Program-made: the position numbers and the translations under genes
The notes under the pieces: model-generated
What the model was told of the DNA's origin: nothing
The model's database searches: none
Seen by the model: the letters and a program-made list of their open reading frames with translations, nothing else
Part shown: positions 27,767 through 37,460 of the stretch, one piece after another
How positions within the stretch are numbered: the stretch's first letter is position 1
How the letters are laid out: each line of letters opens with the position of its first letter
Origin: Alphaproteobacteria bacterium
GTDB taxonomy: Bacteria; Pseudomonadota; Alphaproteobacteria; MPNO01; UBA2964
Direction: 5' to 3'
DNA length: 64,000 nucleotides
Assembly: GCA_009377375.1 (NCBI GenBank)
Contig: WHUE01000007.1
Span: forward strand, 2,816-66,815

Positions 27767-29897
27767 CGCCGAGGCGAACACGCCCATCCCGCTGGGCACG
27801 CGGGCGCTGCCACCGGAGGCTCCGCGCGACATGCCGCGCGCGCGGCTGCACGACCGGGCAAAGGCACTGCGCGCCGCGCCATCCGCGTGGTTCGCGACCC
27901 GGGTTCTCCTCGCGCGGCTCTATGTCGGCGCCGGCACCGGCGCGCTCACGGCCTACGGCGTGTCCGAGATGTACGGCGTGCTGGGCACAGTCGGGCTTAC
28001 CCCGCTGCAATGGGCCTTCCTCGTCGTGTTCGCCGTCAATTTCACCTGGGTGTCGTTTGCGCTGGTGCAGGCAAGCCTCGGCTTCCTTCGGCATCTCTCG
28101 CAGTCCTGGCGGCGGCGCAGCCGCATACCCATGGCGCCGTCCATCCGCACCGCGATCCTGGTGCCCGTCTACAACGAGGATCCGGCGCCGGTGGCCAACG
28201 CGATCCGGGCCATGACCGGGCCGCTGGCCGACGTGGCCCCGGACCGCTTCGCCGTCTTCATCCTGAGCGACACGAACCGCGCCGGCGCCTGGGTGACGGA
28301 AGAGGAATGCTTCCGTCACCTGTGCCTTTCCGCACCGGAAGGGTGTCCGATCTACTACCGCCGCCGCAAGGACAACGTGGAGCGCAAGGCGGGCAACATC
28401 GCGGAATGGGTCGGCCGCTGGGGCGGGGCGTTCGAAGCCATGCTGATCCTCGATGCCGACAGCGTGATCGCCCCCGAAACGATCCTGAGCCTGGCGGGGC
28501 GGCTGGAAGCCGATCCGGGGCTGGGGCTGCTCCAGACCCTGCCGTCAATCTTCGGGGCGCGGACGCTCTATGCGAGGCTGCAGCAGTTCGCCAACCGGTG
28601 CTACGGCCCGATCTTCGCCAACGGGCTCGCCGCGTGGCACGGGCTGAGCGGCAATTACTGGGGCCACAACGCGATAATCCGCACCCGCGCCTTCGCCGAG
28701 TCCTGCCGGCTGCCGGAGCTGCCCGGCGCACCGCCGCTGGGCGGCCACATACTCAGCCACGATTTCGTGGAGGCCGCGTTGCTGCGCCGGGCCGGCTGGG
28801 GCGTGCGCTTCGACACCGACCTCGAGGGCAGCTACGAGCAGGCGCCGCCGTCGCTGGTCGACACCATGATCCGCGACCGCCGCTGGTGCCAGGGCAACAT
28901 GCAGCACGCGCGCATTCTGTTCGCCCGCGGGCTGCGATGGACGAGCCGGCTGCATCTGCTGTCCGGCGTCATGTCCTACCTGACGGCGCTGCTCTGGCTG
29001 ATGCTGATCCTGCTCGGCCTGGCGCTGGCGACGCAGGCGGCGCTCATCCGGCCGGAATACTTCACCGAGCCTTCCCTGTTTCCCACCTGGCCGGTCTTCG
29101 ATTCCGAACGCGCGATCAGCCTGTTCGCGGTCTCCATGGCGGTGGTGCTGGCGCCGAAGCTGCTCGGCTGCCTGGCGGCGGTGCTCGACCTCCGCCGCTT
29201 CGCCGCCTTCGGCGGCCCGATCGTGCTGACCTGGAGCGTGTTCATCGAGATGATCCTGTCCGCGCTCTACGCGCCGGTTCTGATGATCACCCAGGCGCGC
29301 GACATCTGCGCCACGCTGATCGGGCGCGACAGCGGCTGGACGCCGCAGCGGCGCGGCGGCGGCGGCATGAAGCTGGCCGAGCACATCCGGCGCAACCGCG
29401 CCGCCACCGTCGCCGGCGCCGCGATGGCGGGTATCGCCTGGACGCTCAATACCGACCTTTTCCTCTGGCTGCTGCCCGTGACGGCGGGGCTGATTCTGTC
29501 CGTGCCGCTGTCCTGGATCAGCGAGAGACGCGGGCCGGCGCGGGCGCTCGGGGTCTTTGGCATCCTGTCGACGCCGGAGGAGCGGCATCCGCCCCCGGTG
29601 TTGAGGGGGCTCGCCTCCGGTGACGGTCCCGCCACCGCCCATCAGGCCCATCCACTGCGCCGGCTGCGCGACGACCCCGCGCTGTGTCGCTGGCACGCGG
29701 CACAGCTGGCAAGCCCCGTGGAAGAAGGACGCAACGGGTTCGACCCCGAGATGATCACCGGGCTGGCGAAGGTGGACCGGGCCCCGGATTTCGAAACGCT
29801 GATCGAGTGGCTGTCGCCGGCGGAGACGCTGGCCCTGCTCCGTTACCGGCCGTTCATCGAAGGCCTCTCCCGGACGGAGCGCGCGACCGTCGCTTGA
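27729..29897 (+). CDS. opgH: Glucans biosynthesis glucosyltransferase H
   Basis: PVYNED, RKAGNI, LDADS, NYWGHNAIIR, LSHDFVEA, RDRRWCQGN; exact start uncertain. Confidence 0.93.
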   Translation: MAKPGSIVGRLNNAEANTPIPLGTRALPPEAPRDMPRARLHDRAKALRAAPSAWFATRVLLARLYVGAGTGALTAYGVSEMYGVLGTVGLTPLQWAFLVVFAVNFTWVSFALVQASLGFLRHLSQSWRRRSRIPMAPSIRTAILVPVYNEDPAPVANAIRAMTGPLADVAPDRFAVFILSDTNRAGAWVTEEECFRHLCLSAPEGCPIYYRRRKDNVERKAGNIAEWVGRWGGAFEAMLILDADSVIAPETILSLAGRLEADPGLGLLQTLPSIFGARTLYARLQQFANRCYGPIFANGLAAWHGLSGNYWGHNAIIRTRAFAESCRLPELPGAPPLGGHILSHDFVEAALLRRAGWGVRFDTDLEGSYEQAPPSLVDTMIRDRRWCQGNMQHARILFARGLRWTSRLHLLSGVMSYLTALLWLMLILLGLALATQAALIRPEYFTEPSLFPTWPVFDSERAISLFAVSMAVVLAPKLLGCLAAVLDLRRFAAFGGPIVLTWSVFIEMILSALYAPVLMITQARDICATLIGRDSGWTPQRRGGGGMKLAEHIRRNRAATVAGAAMAGIAWTLNTDLFLWLLPVTAGLILSVPLSWISERRGPARALGVFGILSTPEERHPPPVLRGLASGDGPATAHQAHPLRRLRDDPALCRWHAAQLASPVEEGRNGFDPEMITGLAKVDRAPDFETLIEWLSPAETLALLRYRPFIEGLSRTERATVA

Positions 29898-29904
29898 CCG
29901 GCCG

Positions 29905-30861
29905 TCATGCCCTGAGCCGCGGGAACAGGGCCTCGGCGTTGCCGCGCTCGGCCATGCGGCGGGCCTCGCCTGCCAGCCCGGCATAGGCATCGAACCCGGC
30001 CGTTTCCGCCGCCACGACCTCTTCCGAGACATACGGGTAATCGGTGCCGAACAGGATGCGGGCGGGGTCGGCGATCCCCTGCAGCGCCGCCAGCGGCACC
30101 GCGTCGCCCGACAGCGCGATGTCGAACCAGAACCGCTTCATATAGGCCAGCGCGCCCTGCGGGTAACGGTCGGTGAAGCGGGTCTTCCGGTCGAAGATGG
30201 AAATCCGGTGCGCCAGCATCGGCAGCGTGCCGCCGGCATGGGACAGAATGAAGCGGATGTCGGGCAGGCGCTCCATCACGCCGCTGAATATCAGGTTGGC
30301 GGCGACCCGCGTGGTCTCGAACGGGTAGTCGACGATCATGCGCGGCACGTCCCACCCCACGGCCTCTGTCCCCGGCGGGTAGCAGGGGTGGATGAACACC
30401 GCCGCGCGCCGCGCGTTCAGCGCCGCGTAGACCGGTTCGAAATCGGAATGGCCGATATAGCGCTCGTCCACGCTGGTCAGCAGGGTAATCCCGTCCAGCT
30501 TCAGGTCGTCAAAAACCCGGTCGATCTCCGCAAGCGAGGCATCGACGTCGGGCAGCGGCAGGAAGGCGAAACCGCCGAACCGCGACGGGTTCGAATCGCG
30601 CAGCGCCGCCAGGTAGTCGTTGAATTGCCGCGCCAGTCCGATCGTCTGCGCCCGGTCGCCGAACCAGATGCCGGGCGAGGTGAAGGACAGGATCGCGGTG
30701 TCGATGCGGTGCGCGTCCATCAGCGCCAGCGTCTTCTCGGGCGACCAGTCGGGAAACCCCTGATAGGCCGTGCCGGTGATCCCCGCTGCCCGCTGCACCG
30801 CCTTGTACATCTCCGGCAGCACGTGGTGATGCACGTCGATCCGGCCCGTTCCCTGCGTCAT
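29905..30861 (-). CDS. Amidohydrolase-2 family protein (decarboxylase/hydratase-like)
   Basis: IDVHHH, FIHP, YPFETTR, ILSHAGGTLP, ILFGTDYPY; start re-picked. Confidence 0.87.
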   Translation of the reverse strand: MTQGTGRIDVHHHVLPEMYKAVQRAAGITGTAYQGFPDWSPEKTLALMDAHRIDTAILSFTSPGIWFGDRAQTIGLARQFNDYLAALRDSNPSRFGGFAFLPLPDVDASLAEIDRVFDDLKLDGITLLTSVDERYIGHSDFEPVYAALNARRAAVFIHPCYPPGTEAVGWDVPRMIVDYPFETTRVAANLIFSGVMERLPDIRFILSHAGGTLPMLAHRISIFDRKTRFTDRYPQGALAYMKRFWFDIALSGDAVPLAALQGIADPARILFGTDYPYVSEEVVAAETAGFDAYAGLAGEARRMAERGNAEALFPRLRA

Positions 30862-31022
30862 GCCCGTCCCTTCCCGTCCCGGTTCTGCGGGGCGCGAGCT
30901 TAGAACATGGCTGTCCCGAATAGAACCGCCTGCCCGGTCGAACCGGGCCCGGGTTGCGCGCGGCTGCAAAAAGACAGAGGCTGGCGGCACAGGGAGAAAC
31001 CCACAGAGCGGGGCAGGCATCT

Positions 31023-32069
31023 ATGAAAATCGGCCTTTTCGACCATCTGGAACAGTCGTTCGACCGGCCGCTCTCCACCCAGTTCGACGAGAGGCTGGAG
31101 TTCGCCGCGACCTGCGACGAGGCGGGGCTCTACTGCCTGCATGTCGCGGAGCATCACTCCTCGCCGCTGAATTCGGTCCCCGCCCCCGGCGTCTGGCTGG
31201 CGGCGGTGGCGCGGGCAACAAAGCGCATGCGGATGGGCCCGCTGGTCTATCTGCTGCCGCTCTATTCTCCGCTCCGGCTGGCGGAGGAGATATGCATTCT
31301 CGACCATCTGTCGAAGGGGCGGCTGGAGGTGGGCGTGGGCCGCGGCGTCTCGCCCTACGAGGTCGGCTTCCACAACATCGACCACGACAAGTCGCGCGAG
31401 ATATTCATGGACGCCTATGCCTGCCTGACGACGGCGCTGACCCATGACGAATTCTCGTACCAGGGGCCGAACTACACCTACAGGAACGTGCCGATGCCGC
31501 TGCGCCCGCTGCAGCAGCCGCACCCGCCGGTCTGGTACGGCTCCTCCAACACGGTCGGCGCGGCCTGGGCCGGGGAGCAGGGAATGCACTTCTCCTCCAA
31601 CGGCCCGGTGGAGCGCGCGAAGGAGAATATCGCGGCCTATCGCGCGGCGCTGGAGGCGCGCGGCGGCGCCGCCCAGCCGAAGGCGGAGTTTCCCGGCGGG
31701 GCGGCCATCGGGCTGCTGCGCCACGTGGTGGTGGCCGAAACCGACGAGGAGGCGGAGCGCATCGCCCGCCCGGCGCTCGACCATCACTCCAACAGCCTCA
31801 ACTGGCTGCGCAACCGGCACGGCGACACCGAATACACCAAGCGGCTCAACGTCCACCGCCACGTGGGCTACGACGACTGGAAAAAGCAGGGCATGATCGT
31901 CGCCGGCAGCCCGGCGACGGTGACCGCCGAGATCGTCCGCCAGGCGAAGGAGACGGGCATCAACTACCTGATTTCCTACCTGTTCTTCGGCACCATGACG
32001 CTGGACGACGCCAGGCGTTCGCTGGCGCTGTTCCGCGACGAGGTGATGCCGAATCTGGCGGACGTCTGA
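31023..32069 (+). CDS. Luciferase-like (LLM) flavin-dependent oxidoreductase
   Basis: MKIGLFDH, VAEHH, PLRLAEEICILDHLSKGRL, PLQQPHPPVW. Confidence 0.88.
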   Translation: MKIGLFDHLEQSFDRPLSTQFDERLEFAATCDEAGLYCLHVAEHHSSPLNSVPAPGVWLAAVARATKRMRMGPLVYLLPLYSPLRLAEEICILDHLSKGRLEVGVGRGVSPYEVGFHNIDHDKSREIFMDAYACLTTALTHDEFSYQGPNYTYRNVPMPLRPLQQPHPPVWYGSSNTVGAAWAGEQGMHFSSNGPVERAKENIAAYRAALEARGGAAQPKAEFPGGAAIGLLRHVVVAETDEEAERIARPALDHHSNSLNWLRNRHGDTEYTKRLNVHRHVGYDDWKKQGMIVAGSPATVTAEIVRQAKETGINYLISYLFFGTMTLDDARRSLALFRDEVMPNLADV

Positions 32070-32116
32070 GACCCGCGTCCGGAGGATGCAACGGGACCCA
32101 ACCGGAGGGCGCGGCC

Positions 32117-33667
32117 ATGGCGGATTACGGCGCGATCGTTGTCGGCGGCGGCCATAACGGGCTGATCTGCGCCGCCTATCTGGCCAAAGCCGGCGTAAGG
32201 ACGCTTGTGCTGGAGCGCCGCGCCATCGTCGGCGGCGCCTGCGTCACCGAGGAGATCCCCGGGGCGCCGGGCTACCGCGTCTCGACCGGCGCGGCGCAGC
32301 TCGGCAACTTGCCGCCCGACATGGCGGCGGAGCTGAAACTCACCGATTTCGGCTATGCGCTGGTTGTCCCAGACCCGCTGACCGTGTTCCCCTTCCCCGA
32401 CGGCCGCTACCTCGCGCTGTGGCAGGACCCGGCGCGCACGAAGGCGGAGTTCGCAAAATTCTCCCCCGGCGACGCCGAGGCGCTGCCCGGCTGGTTCGCT
32501 GACTGCAACGCCTTCTGCGACGTGATCGAGCCGATCCTCGACGCCGACGCCGTGCCGTCGCTGGACGAGGTCGAGTCCACGTTCGCCGCCGCCGGGCGCG
32601 CCGGGCTGTTCCGGACCTTCATGCTCGGCAGCATGAGCGCGGCGCTCGACGGCCGGTTCGAGAGCGACGAGGCGCGCGCCGTGCTCGGCTACACCGGCGC
32701 GTTCGGCACCAATGCCGGCCCCGAAACGCCGGGCACGGCCTATGTCATGGCGCACCACATGTTCGGCGCCACCGCCGGCATGCGCGGGCGCGCGGTCTAC
32801 GTGAAGGGCGGGATGGGCGCGCTGGCCGAGGCGCTGTCCCGCGCGGCGGCGCATTTCGGCGCCGAGCTGCGCACCGGCGCCGAGGTCGCCCGCATCCGCG
32901 TACGCGACGGGACGGCCCATGCGGTGGAACTTGCCGGCGGCGAGATAATCGTGGCGGACGCCATAATCTCGAACGCCGATCCGCAGCGCACCTTCCTGCG
33001 GATGATCGACGGCAGCGCCCTGTCGACCGGCTTCAGGAACTCGCTGTCGCGCATCGAGATGCAGGGCGTGGCGATGAAGGTGAACTGCGCGCTGGACGCC
33101 CTGCCCCGCTTCACCGCCGCGCCGGAGGGCGAAACCTGGGCGCGGGTGAGCCTGTGCCCGTCGCCCGGCTACGTGGAGGCGGCCTGGGCCGATGCGCGGG
33201 CGGGCCGTCCCTCGCGGCATCCGATGATGACCGTGCACATGCAGTCCGCCGTGGACGGCAGCCTGGCGCCGGAGGGGCGGCACAGCCTGACCTGCTATGC
33301 CCAGTATTTTCCCTATTTTCTCGACCCGTCCCTCGGCGGCTGGGACGCGCAGCGCCAGGCGGCCGGCGACGTTATCCTCGACACCGTGGCGGCATATGCG
33401 CCGGACCTGCGGGACTGCATCGTCGCCACCGAGGCGATGACGCCGCTGGACATCGAGCGCCGCTTCGCCATGACCGGAGGCCACCAGTTCCACGGCGACC
33501 TGATGCCGGGCCAGATTCTCGACGCCCGTCCCGTCCCCGGCTGTTCCGGTGCGCGCACGCCGCTCGACCGGCTCTATCTCTGCGGCGCGGGCGCGCATCC
33601 CGGCGGCTGCGTCTGGGGCGTGCCCGGAAGGCGCGCGGCCCGCGCGGTGATCGCGGACCGGGGTTGA
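32117..33667 (+). CDS. Phytoene-dehydrogenase-like (COG1233/PYROXD2-type) FAD oxidoreductase
   Basis: IVVGGGHNGL, LERRAIVGGA, GGMGALAEAL, TPLDIE, GGHQFHG, LYLCGAGAHPGG. Confidence 0.85.
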   Translation: MADYGAIVVGGGHNGLICAAYLAKAGVRTLVLERRAIVGGACVTEEIPGAPGYRVSTGAAQLGNLPPDMAAELKLTDFGYALVVPDPLTVFPFPDGRYLALWQDPARTKAEFAKFSPGDAEALPGWFADCNAFCDVIEPILDADAVPSLDEVESTFAAAGRAGLFRTFMLGSMSAALDGRFESDEARAVLGYTGAFGTNAGPETPGTAYVMAHHMFGATAGMRGRAVYVKGGMGALAEALSRAAAHFGAELRTGAEVARIRVRDGTAHAVELAGGEIIVADAIISNADPQRTFLRMIDGSALSTGFRNSLSRIEMQGVAMKVNCALDALPRFTAAPEGETWARVSLCPSPGYVEAAWADARAGRPSRHPMMTVHMQSAVDGSLAPEGRHSLTCYAQYFPYFLDPSLGGWDAQRQAAGDVILDTVAAYAPDLRDCIVATEAMTPLDIERRFAMTGGHQFHGDLMPGQILDARPVPGCSGARTPLDRLYLCGAGAHPGGCVWGVPGRRAARAVIADRG

Positions 33668-33681
33668 GCCGGATCGCGTCT

Positions 33682-34002
33682 TCAGGGCGCCGGCGTGTTC
33701 CCGGCGTGGCGATCGGGATCGAGCGCGTCGGCGAGCTTCTCCTTGTCGCGCCGCGGCAGGATTTTCATGACCAGGATGAATCCGGAAAGCGACAGGCAGG
33801 TCGCGTTGGTCACGATCAGCGGCCACTGGCCCAACAGCGTGCCGTAGGCCATCCACAGCGCGAACCCGCTAACGGTCACGATATACATCCAGACCGAGAT
33901 ATCCTCCGTCCGGCGGGTCTTGATGATCTTCCACGCCTGGGGTGTGAAGCTGACTGTGGAGCAGAGGGTGGCCAGCCACCCGACCAGCACGGGAATGTCC
34001 AT
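33682..34002 (-). CDS. SemiSWEET / PQ-loop transporter
   Basis: Three TM segments; SFTPQAWKIIKTRRTEDIS; LWMAYG; PLIVTN. Confidence 0.85.
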   Translation of the reverse strand: MDIPVLVGWLATLCSTVSFTPQAWKIIKTRRTEDISVWMYIVTVSGFALWMAYGTLLGQWPLIVTNATCLSLSGFILVMKILPRRDKEKLADALDPDRHAGNTPAP

Positions 34003-34166
34003 GACCCAATAGATGCGCCGCCGCCGTTTGCGGCGCAAGATACTGGCCGGCCGCTCTTCTCCACCCCGTCCGACGAAACATTCGAACGGTTCCAATCTTC
34101 GCTGGAATGGGGCATAAACCGGGGGAGAGCGTCCGCGCGCAGGGTAGATAATTTCGGGAGAATCCG

Positions 34167-35315
34167 ATGGCAGAGGTTACCACCTACCTGTCCCCCAACG
34201 GCCAGCAGCACACCCGCGGTACAGGCCCCGCGACGCGGATCGCGATCGCCACGCTGCACGGCGTCGCCACCCTGACGCGCGAAGCCGCGGGCGCGCCCTG
34301 GCGCCTGGCCGGGCGCAGCCTCGCCGACCGCCATGTCGGGCAGCTCGTCTGCGAGCCGCGCTCCGGCAAGCTGTTCGCGGGTTGCCACGCCGATGGCGGG
34401 GTGTGGGTCAGCGACGACGGCGCCGGCGCGGACTGGCGGCCCCTGACGAAGGGGCTGGACCGGCCGCACTGCTATGCCATGGCGGCGCGGGACAACGGCG
34501 GGAAGGCGACGCTGTTCCTCGGCACCTCGCCCGCGGGGCTGTACCGCAGCGACGATCTGGGCGAAAGCTGGACGGAGCTGGCCAACATCCACGACGTACC
34601 CGACCGCGACAAGTGGACCTTCCCGCCGCCGCCGCATATCCCGCATGTCAAGCAGATCGCCTTCCAACCGGCGGAGCCGGACACGCTGTTCGTGCTGGTC
34701 GAGCAGGGTGCGTTCCTGAAATCCACCGACGACGGCGCGACCTGGAACGATCTGACCGGCTATTCCGACCCGGGGGACGAGGCCTATCGCGACCTGCACC
34801 GGCTGCTGATCGTGCCGAGCGATCCCGACACGTTCTTCCTCGCCACCGGGATGGGGCTCTACCGCAGCGACGACGCGGGGGCGACATACGAGCACCTGAC
34901 GGTGCGCGGCATCGACCGGATGGGCTATCCGGACTTCCTGTTCCTCGATTCCGACGACGACGGCATGATCTACATGGGCGGGTCGCACCTGAACCCGAGC
35001 GACTGGTACAAGACCGGCGCCGCCAAGTCCTGCGTCATGCGCAGCACCGACCGGGGCCGCACCTGGCTGGAGCTCGACAACGGCATGCCCGACCCGACGG
35101 TCGGCGCGTTCGAGGCGATGACGCGGCATGTCTGGGACGGCGGCATGATGCTGCTGGCCGGCACCGCCACCGGCGAGATCTACGCCACCGAGGATCGCGG
35201 CGCGTCGTGGCAGCGCATCTCCGCCGAGGTCGCCCCCGTCTCCAAGGACGACCACCACTTCCCCTTCATGTCCGAGGCGGAACGCAAGGAAGCGATGGCG
35301 CATCGGGGGCTTTAG
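34167..35315 (+). CDS. BNR/Asp-box repeat beta-propeller protein
   Basis: Repeated S-x-D-x-G-x-(T/S)-W motifs: SDDGAGADW, SDDLGESW, STDDGATW, SDDAGATY, STDRGRTW, TEDRGASW. Confidence 0.8.
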   Translation: MAEVTTYLSPNGQQHTRGTGPATRIAIATLHGVATLTREAAGAPWRLAGRSLADRHVGQLVCEPRSGKLFAGCHADGGVWVSDDGAGADWRPLTKGLDRPHCYAMAARDNGGKATLFLGTSPAGLYRSDDLGESWTELANIHDVPDRDKWTFPPPPHIPHVKQIAFQPAEPDTLFVLVEQGAFLKSTDDGATWNDLTGYSDPGDEAYRDLHRLLIVPSDPDTFFLATGMGLYRSDDAGATYEHLTVRGIDRMGYPDFLFLDSDDDGMIYMGGSHLNPSDWYKTGAAKSCVMRSTDRGRTWLELDNGMPDPTVGAFEAMTRHVWDGGMMLLAGTATGEIYATEDRGASWQRISAEVAPVSKDDHHFPFMSEAERKEAMAHRGL

Positions 35316-35379
35316 CCGGCCCGCGACCCGCTGTCCAGCGGGGACGTTACGGAGATCGTCTTAATGTTCTGGATGAAGA

Positions 35380-35404
35380 AAGGGCCCGCACCCTGCGGGC
35401 CCTT
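35380..35404. terminator. Bidirectional intrinsic terminator candidate
   Basis: 11-bp stem AAGGGCCCGCA / TGCGGGCCCTT between convergent genes. Confidence 0.65.
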
Positions 35405-35427
35405 CGTGTTTCTGCGCGCGCCACGGA

Positions 35428-35919
35428 TCAGCCCCCCTGGGCTGCCTTGCGCGCGCGTTCCTCGTAGAAGTTGAGCAGCTTGATCACGTCCGCCGCATCC
35501 ACGCGGCCGATGGGGCCGGCGCTGTAGCTGGAGGCGATCACCTTGCCGTCCGCGCCGACCACGAATTCCGACGGCTGTATGATGCCGCCGCGCTGCTCGC
35601 CCCAGAACGCGCCGGCGGCGTCACCCTGCTCGCGGGTCGCGCCGAAGGCCACGGGAAACGAGACCTCGTCCTGGACTTCCTTCGCCTTGTCTTCCGGATC
35701 GACGCTGATCGCGAACACCTTCGCGGCCAGCGCCTCGAACCCGGCCCTTTCCTTCTCGAAGCCGACCAACTGCCGGCGGCAGTAAGGTCACCAGTGGCCG
35801 CGGTAGAACAGGATGACGTTGTACTTGGCGCCCGCCTCCGGCACCACGAAGGTGCCGCCGCCGACCTTGTTGAAGGTCAGGCTGGGGAACGCGTCGCCCA
35901 AGTTCAGCTTGTCTGTCAT
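35428..35919 (-). CDS. Selenocysteine-containing peroxiredoxin-like (AhpC/TSA, thioredoxin fold) protein, Sec at codon 44
   Basis: Reading through TGA at 35790-35788 gives 163 aa [16 protein letters not shown]...[17 protein letters not shown]...; the TGA occupies the first Cys of the FYRGxWCPxC motif; divergent from selA; hairpin immediately 3'. Confidence 0.9.
35761..35777 (-). promoter_or_regulatory. Candidate bacterial SECIS element
   Basis: GCCGGC-AGTTG-GTCGGC 17-nt stem-loop (one G-U pair) beginning after a 10-nt spacer following the UGA. Confidence 0.6.
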
Positions 35920-36035
35920 GCCGCTCGCTTTCGGTTGCAACCGCCGCCATTCTCAGCGCCGGACCGCGCCGGCGCAAGGACCGAATTCCGCAAATTCCCG
36001 TTGTCGGCGGCAGGCCCTGCCCCTACTCTCCCGCC

Positions 36036-37460
36036 GTGCCACAGGAAACCCGGACCAGCCCGGCGCAGGCCGCCATCCCGTCGGTCGACCGCATTCTCCG
36101 CGATCCGGCGTGCGACGTCCTTGTCGTCCGCTTCGGCCGCCGGCCCGTGACCGAGGCCGTGCGCGGCGACGTGGCGGCGCTGCGCGGGCGGCTGGCGGAG
36201 GGCGGTCGCGAAGCCGCGGAGGTCGGCGCCATCGTCGCGCGGGTTGCCGCGGCGCTGGAGCGCGCGGCGCAGCCCAGCCTGCGCCCGGTGTGGAACCTGA
36301 CCGGCACGGTCCTGCATACCAATCTGGGCCGCGCGCCGCTGCCGCCGGAGGCCATCGAGGCGGTGGTGGCCGTCGCCGGCGGGGCCAGCAACCTGGAATA
36401 CGACCTCGCCACCGGAAAGCGCGGCGACCGCGACGTGCATCTCGACGACCTCGTCTGCCGGCTGACCGGGGCGGAGGCGGCGACGGTGGTGAACAACAAC
36501 GCCGCCGCCGTGCTGCTGACGCTGAACACACTGGCGCAGCGCAAGGAGGTGCTGGTTTCGCGCGGCGAGCTGATCGAGATCGGCGGCGCCTTCCGCATCC
36601 CCGACATCATGGCCCGCGCGGGTGCGAAACTGCACGAAGTCGGCACCACAAACCGTACTCATGAAAAGGATTTTTTAGATTCCATCACCCCCCGCACTGC
36701 CCTGGTGATGAAGGTGCATGCCAGCAACTACGAGATAAGCGGCTTCACCAAATCCGTGCCCGAGCGCGAGCTGGCCGCGATCGCGCATGGCGCCGGCCTG
36801 CCCTTCGCCGTCGATCTCGGCAGCGGCACGCTGGTCGACCTCGCGCAGTACGGGCTGCCGCACGAACCGACGGCCGCGGAGACCATTGCCAGCGGCGCCG
36901 ACATCGTCACCTTCAGCGGCGACAAGCTGCTGGGCGGACCGCAGGCCGGGCTGATCGCCGGGCGCGCGGACCTGATCGCCCGCATCAGGAAGAACCCTAT
37001 GAAGCGCGCCATGCGCTGCGACAAGATGACCATCGCCGCGCTGGCTGCCGTGCTGCGGCTCTACGACGATCCCGACCGGCTGGCCGAACGCGTGCCGACG
37101 CTCCGGCTGCTCGCGCGACCGCGCGCCGAGATCGAGGCCGCTGCGCAGCGCCTGCTGCCCGCCATGCGGGCGGCCGCCGGCGAGGGTTTCGCGGTCGGGG
37201 TCGCGCCCTGCCGCAGCCAGATCGGCAGCGGCTCTCTGCCGGCGGAGCGGCTCGACAGCGCGGCGCTGGTGCTGCGCCCGGCGGCGGCGCGCGGCGCGGG
37301 CACGGCGCTGGTGCGGCTCGCGGCGGCCTTCCGGGCACTGCCCGTGCCGGTCATCGGCCGGGTGCAGGACGATGCGTTCCGGCTCGACCTGCGCTGCCTG
37401 GAGCCCGAAGGCGAGGCGGCGTTCGCCGCGCAGCTCCCGGCGCTCGCCCTGCGGCCATGA
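36036..37460 (+). CDS. selA: L-seryl-tRNA(Sec) selenium transferase
   Basis: [64 protein letters not shown] (PLP Lys). Confidence 0.97.
   Translation: MPQETRTSPAQAAIPSVDRILRDPACDVLVVRFGRRPVTEAVRGDVAALRGRLAEGGREAAEVGAIVARVAAALERAAQPSLRPVWNLTGTVLHTNLGRAPLPPEAIEAVVAVAGGASNLEYDLATGKRGDRDVHLDDLVCRLTGAEAATVVNNNAAAVLLTLNTLAQRKEVLVSRGELIEIGGAFRIPDIMARAGAKLHEVGTTNRTHEKDFLDSITPRTALVMKVHASNYEISGFTKSVPERELAAIAHGAGLPFAVDLGSGTLVDLAQYGLPHEPTAAETIASGADIVTFSGDKLLGGPQAGLIAGRADLIARIRKNPMKRAMRCDKMTIAALAAVLRLYDDPDRLAERVPTLRLLARPRAEIEAAAQRLLPAMRAAAGEGFAVGVAPCRSQIGSGSLPAERLDSAALVLRPAAARGAGTALVRLAAAFRALPVPVIGRVQDDAFRLDLRCLEPEGEAAFAAQLPALALRP

Noticed and set aside
32117-33667. crtI / carotenoid biosynthesis
   Set aside because: No crtB/crtE neighbours; the motifs fit the generic COG1233 subfamily.
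35428-35919. Pseudogene or short-ORF interpretation of the Prx-like gene
   Set aside because: The single TGA falls exactly on the catalytic Cys position, is followed by a SECIS-like hairpin and abuts selABC.
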